Part shown: positions 58,275 through 64,000 of the stretch, in pieces | Position numbering within the stretch: the stretch's first letter is position 1 | Layout: the number at the start of each line of letters is the position of its first letter | Source of the DNA: the human T2T-CHM13v2.0 reference genome, Homo sapiens | Strand: one strand, 5' to 3' | DNA length: 64,000 bases | Assembly: GCF_009914755.1 (NCBI RefSeq) | Contig: NC_060948.1 | Program-made: the position numbers and the translations under genes | The notes under the pieces: model-generated | Databases searched by the model: none | What the model was told of the DNA's origin: nothing | The model's input: only the letters and a program-made list of their open reading frames with translations

Positions 58275-60377
58275 AGATCCATATTTTTTAAATGAAAAAA
58301 AATTTCAAAGGTACTCTGCTTGGTACAATAATCAAATGTATAAACTGAGGAATAAAACATAACCATGAAACCTACTTATAACTGCATATGGAAAATACAG
58401 AGGATAATTTTTTAAATAACATATTTTGAAAGCCTTAACTAGTAATTTGAAGAGCTGGCATTTGAAAGGCCAGTATGAATATACCTTCAAAGCAGCAACA
58501 CAGGTTCCCCATGAGAAAAAGCAAACACAGGGAAAATAAAAACACAAAGGTTCAATCTCTTCTGACCTTTGAAAGACACAGCACAGACAGTGGTCCTTAG
58601 GACGAAGAGCAGGAGACCCCTAATTCCGTCACCATGGCGATAGGGCATAAACATTGCTGGGTGAGGGCACAATCCACATTGTGAGGTCCAACTGCTGCCA
58701 GGAAGACAGGAGTGCTTTTACATAGACCGAAAGGTCATTGAAGGCTCAGAGTTTTGTTTCAAGAACTGAATCCCAAGCCCACACGTTATTAGGCTGCGCT
58801 TCTTAAAACAAGTTATGAGATGGGAAAAAGGGCACCCACAAACATACGTATACATTATGTATATAATAATATACAGTATCATATATATAATATATATAAC
58901 CTATGTATAATATTGTTTTACATCCTGCATCTTATGTTATATATATTGTATAAAATATAATAATTGATAATATATAAGTTTATATTTATACAATATGACA
59001 TATAGTATATATTATAATTTATGACATATATAATATATGTTATATGTCATATATAGAATATATTATACGGTTAATATACGTATTAAATATAAATTATACA
59101 TTATATATATTATATATAATATATCTGTTATATATAATACCCATTATGCATAATATATATATTATGTCTATGTTATATATAGTATAAAATAACATATAAT
59201 AATATATAATTGTATATATAAAATGCGACATATAATATATATTATATTTTATAACATATGTAATATATATTATATATTATATATAATACGTTGTATGTAT
59301 AATACCTATATTAAATATATATTATATGACTATGTTATTAATTACATGTCACATGTGTTATATGTTATATATTTTACATAGAATATACCGGTTACATACA
59401 ATATATACTATGTTACCTATAATGTATAATTTATTACATGTAAAATAAAGAATGCAATATATTATGTATAATTTATAATATATCATATGTGGAATGTGAT
59501 ATATATAACATATAATATATGATATATGATGTACAGTATATGATATATAACATACAATATATGATTCCTAATATATATGGTATACAATATATATTTTATG
59601 ATATGTATTCTATATGTTTTATATTCTGTTATATATAACTATTTGAAATTATATATAACTGTATAATATTTTATGTAAATATGTAATATAATATATATAA
59701 CTATATAATATATTTTATATAACTATATATTATGTTATATATACTTTTATAACATAATTTACATAAAATATCATAATATAATATATATTATATTATTTCA
59801 TATTACATAATATATATTACATATCACCCAATATAACTAACATACATAATATTATAATATAGATTATATTGTGTTTTATTAAATATCATATATATCATGT
59901 ATCATATATTCTATAATATATATTACACATTATATAATATGTATGTTGTCTATTATGTGATATATATAACTATATATATAATTATATTTTTATACATATA
60001 ACTAGATAAACATGTAATTCTACATATTTTCATTTATAATATGTAGAATTATATAATCATATATAATTATTTATATTCTATAAAAATTTTATCATTATAT
60101 AAATTATAATATATAAAAATTATAATATGTACTACAAATATATATATTATATATCATATATGATATAGTACCTTTGTTATATTTCATAATACATATAAAT
60201 GTGTATTATGTTATCTATAATTATATAATTTCATATATAAGATGTATAATATGTATCATATATTATATATGTTATGTAATATATATAGTATATATAAGAT
60301 GACACAGGATAAATATTATATACTATGACATATAAAATATATGAGGTTATATGTTACATATAAGGCATAGCACATAA

Positions 60378-60692
<315 letters not shown>

Positions 60693-62797
60693 AGATCCAT
60701 ATTTTTTAAATGAAAAAAAATTTCAAAGGTACTCTGCTTGGTACAATAATCAAATGTATAAACTGAGGAATAAAACATAACCATGAAACCTACTTATAAC
60801 TGCATATGGAAAATACAGAGGATAATTTTTTAAATAACATATTTTGAAAGCCTTAACTAGTAATTTGAAGAGTTGGCATTTGAAAGGCCAGTATGAATAT
60901 ACCTTCAAAGCAGCAACACAGGTTCCCCATGAGAAAAAGCAAACACAGGGAAAATAAAAACACAAAGGTTCAATCTCTTCTGACCTTTGAAAGACACAGC
61001 ACAGACAGTGGTCCTTAGGACGAAGAGCAGGAGACCCCTAATTCCGTCACCATGGCGATAGGGCATAAACATTGCTGGGTGAGGGCACAATCCACATTGT
61101 GAGGTCCAACTGCTGCCAGGAAGACAGGAGTGCTTTTACATAGAGCGAAAGGTCATTGAAGGCTCAGAGTTTTGTTTCAAGAACTGAATCCCAAGCCCAC
61201 ACGTTATTAGGCTGCGCTTCTTAAAACAAGTTATGAGATGGGAAAAAGGGCACCCACAAACATACGTATACATTATGTATATAATAATATACAGTATCAT
61301 ATATACAATATATAAAACCTATGTATAATATTGTTTTACATCCTGCATCTTATGTTATATATATTGTATAAAATATAATAATTGATAATATATAAGTTTT
61401 ATAATTATACAATATGACATATAGTATATATTATAATTTATGACATATATAATATATGTTATATGTCATATATAGAATATATTATACGGTTAATATACGT
61501 ATTAAATATAAATTATACATTATATATATTATATATAATATATCTGTTATATATAATACCCATTATGCATAATATATATATTATGTCTATGTTATATATA
61601 GTATAAAACAACATATAATAATATATAATTGTATATATAAAATGCGACATATAATATATATTATATTTTATAACATATGTAATATATATTATATATTATA
61701 TATAATACGTTGTATGTATAATACCTATATTAAATATATATTATATGACTATGTTATTAATTACATGTCACATGTGTTATATATTATATATTTTACATAG
61801 AATATACCGGTTACATACAATATATACTATGTTACCTATAATATATAATTTATTACATGTAAAATAAAGAATGCAATATATTATGTAAAATTTATAATAT
61901 ACCATATGTGGAATGTGATACATATAACATATAATATATGATATATGATGTACAGTATATGATATATAACATACAATATATGATTCCTAATATATATGGT
62001 ATACAATATATATTTTGTGATATGTATTCTATATGTTTTATATTCTGTTATATATAACTATTTGAAATTATATATAACTGTATAATATTTTATGTAAATA
62101 TGTAATATAATATATATAACTATATAATATATTATATATAACTATATATTATGTTATATATACTTTTATAACATAATTTACATAAAATATCGTAATATAA
62201 TATATATTATATTATTTCATATTACATAATATATATTACATATCACCCAATATAACTAACATAGATAATATTATAATATAGATTATATTGTGTTATATTA
62301 AATATCATATATATCATGTATCATATATTCTATAATATATATTACACATTATATAATATGTATGTTGTCTATTATGTGATATATATAACTATATATATAA
62401 TTATATTTTTATACATATAACTAGATAAACATGTAATTCTACATATTTTCATTTATAATATGTAGAATTATATAATCATATATAATTATTTATATTCTAT
62501 AAAAAATTTTATCATTATATAAATTATAATATATAAAAATTATAATATGTACTACAAATATATATATTATATATCATATATGATATAGTACCTTTGTTAT
62601 ATTTCATAATACATATAAATGTGTATTATGTTATCTATAATTATATAATTTCATATATAAGATGTATAATATGTATCATATATTATATATGTTATGTAAT
62701 ATATATAGTATATATAAGATGACACAGGATAAATATTATATACTATGACATATAAAATATATGAGGTTATATGTTACATATAAGGCATAGCACATAA

Positions 62798-63112
<315 letters not shown>

Positions 63113-64000
63113 AGATCCATATTTTTTAAATGAAAAAAAATTTCAAAGGTACTCTGCTTGGTACAATAATCAAATGTATAAACTGAGGAATAAAACATAA
63201 CCATGAAACCTACTTATAACTGCATATGGAAAATACAGAGGATAATTTTTTAAATAACATATTTTGAAAGCCTTAACTAGTAATTTGAAGAGCTGGCATT
63301 TGAAAGGCCAGTATGAATATACCTTCAAAGCAGCAACACAGGTTCCCCATGAGAAAAAGCAAACACAGGGAAAATAAAAACACAAAGGTTCAATCTCTTC
63401 TGACCTTTGAAAGACACAGCACAGACAGTGATCCTTAGGACGAAGAGCAGGAGACCCCTAATTCCGTCACCATGGCGATAGGGCATAAACATTGCTGGGT
63501 GAGGGCACAATCCACATTGTGAGGTGCAACTGCTGCCAGGAAGACAGGAGTGCTTTTACATAGACCGAAAGGTCATTGAAGGCTCAGAGTTTTGTTTCAA
63601 GAACTGAATCCCAAGCCCACACGTTATTAGGCTGCGCTTCTTAAAACAAGTTATGAGATGGGAAAAAGTGCACCCACAAACATACGTATACATTATGTAT
63701 ATAATAATATACAGTATCATATATACAATATATAAAACCTATGTATAATATTGTTTTACATCCTGCATCTTATGTTATATATATTGTATAAAATATAATA
63801 ATTGATAATATATAAGTTTTATAATTATACAATATGACATATAGTATATATTATAATTTATGACATATATAATATATGTTATATGTCATATATAGAATAT
63901 ATTATACGGTTAATATACGTATTAAATATAAATTATACATTATATATATTATATATAATATATCTGTTATATATAATACCCATTATGCATAATATATATA

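Overview
The whole 64-kb window is one uninterrupted head-to-tail tandem array of about 26.5 copies of a ~2.42-kb unit (periods 2413-2420 bp). Each unit has three parts: a diverged, slightly 5'-truncated Alu on the minus strand (~290 bp, with a 16-bp internal duplication), a ~570-bp HSATI-type segment, and ~1.55 kb of extremely AT-rich degenerate TA sequence. Unit size, this three-part structure and the predicted ~2.1-kb HaeIII fragment match the human Y-chromosome Yq12 satellite DYZ2 (HSat1B); related arrays exist on acrocentric short arms. I see no credible protein-coding gene, RNA gene or new gene system, and the ORF track only repeats chance ORFs of the monomer. The real signal is in the variants between copies: local subfamily blocks, incipient 2-mer and 3-mer higher-order duplications, chimeric monomers with mappable crossover intervals, and two tracts of clustered private substitutions. 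Units are numbered U1-U27, each starting at its Alu poly-T. All variant comparisons were made by eye, not by alignment.
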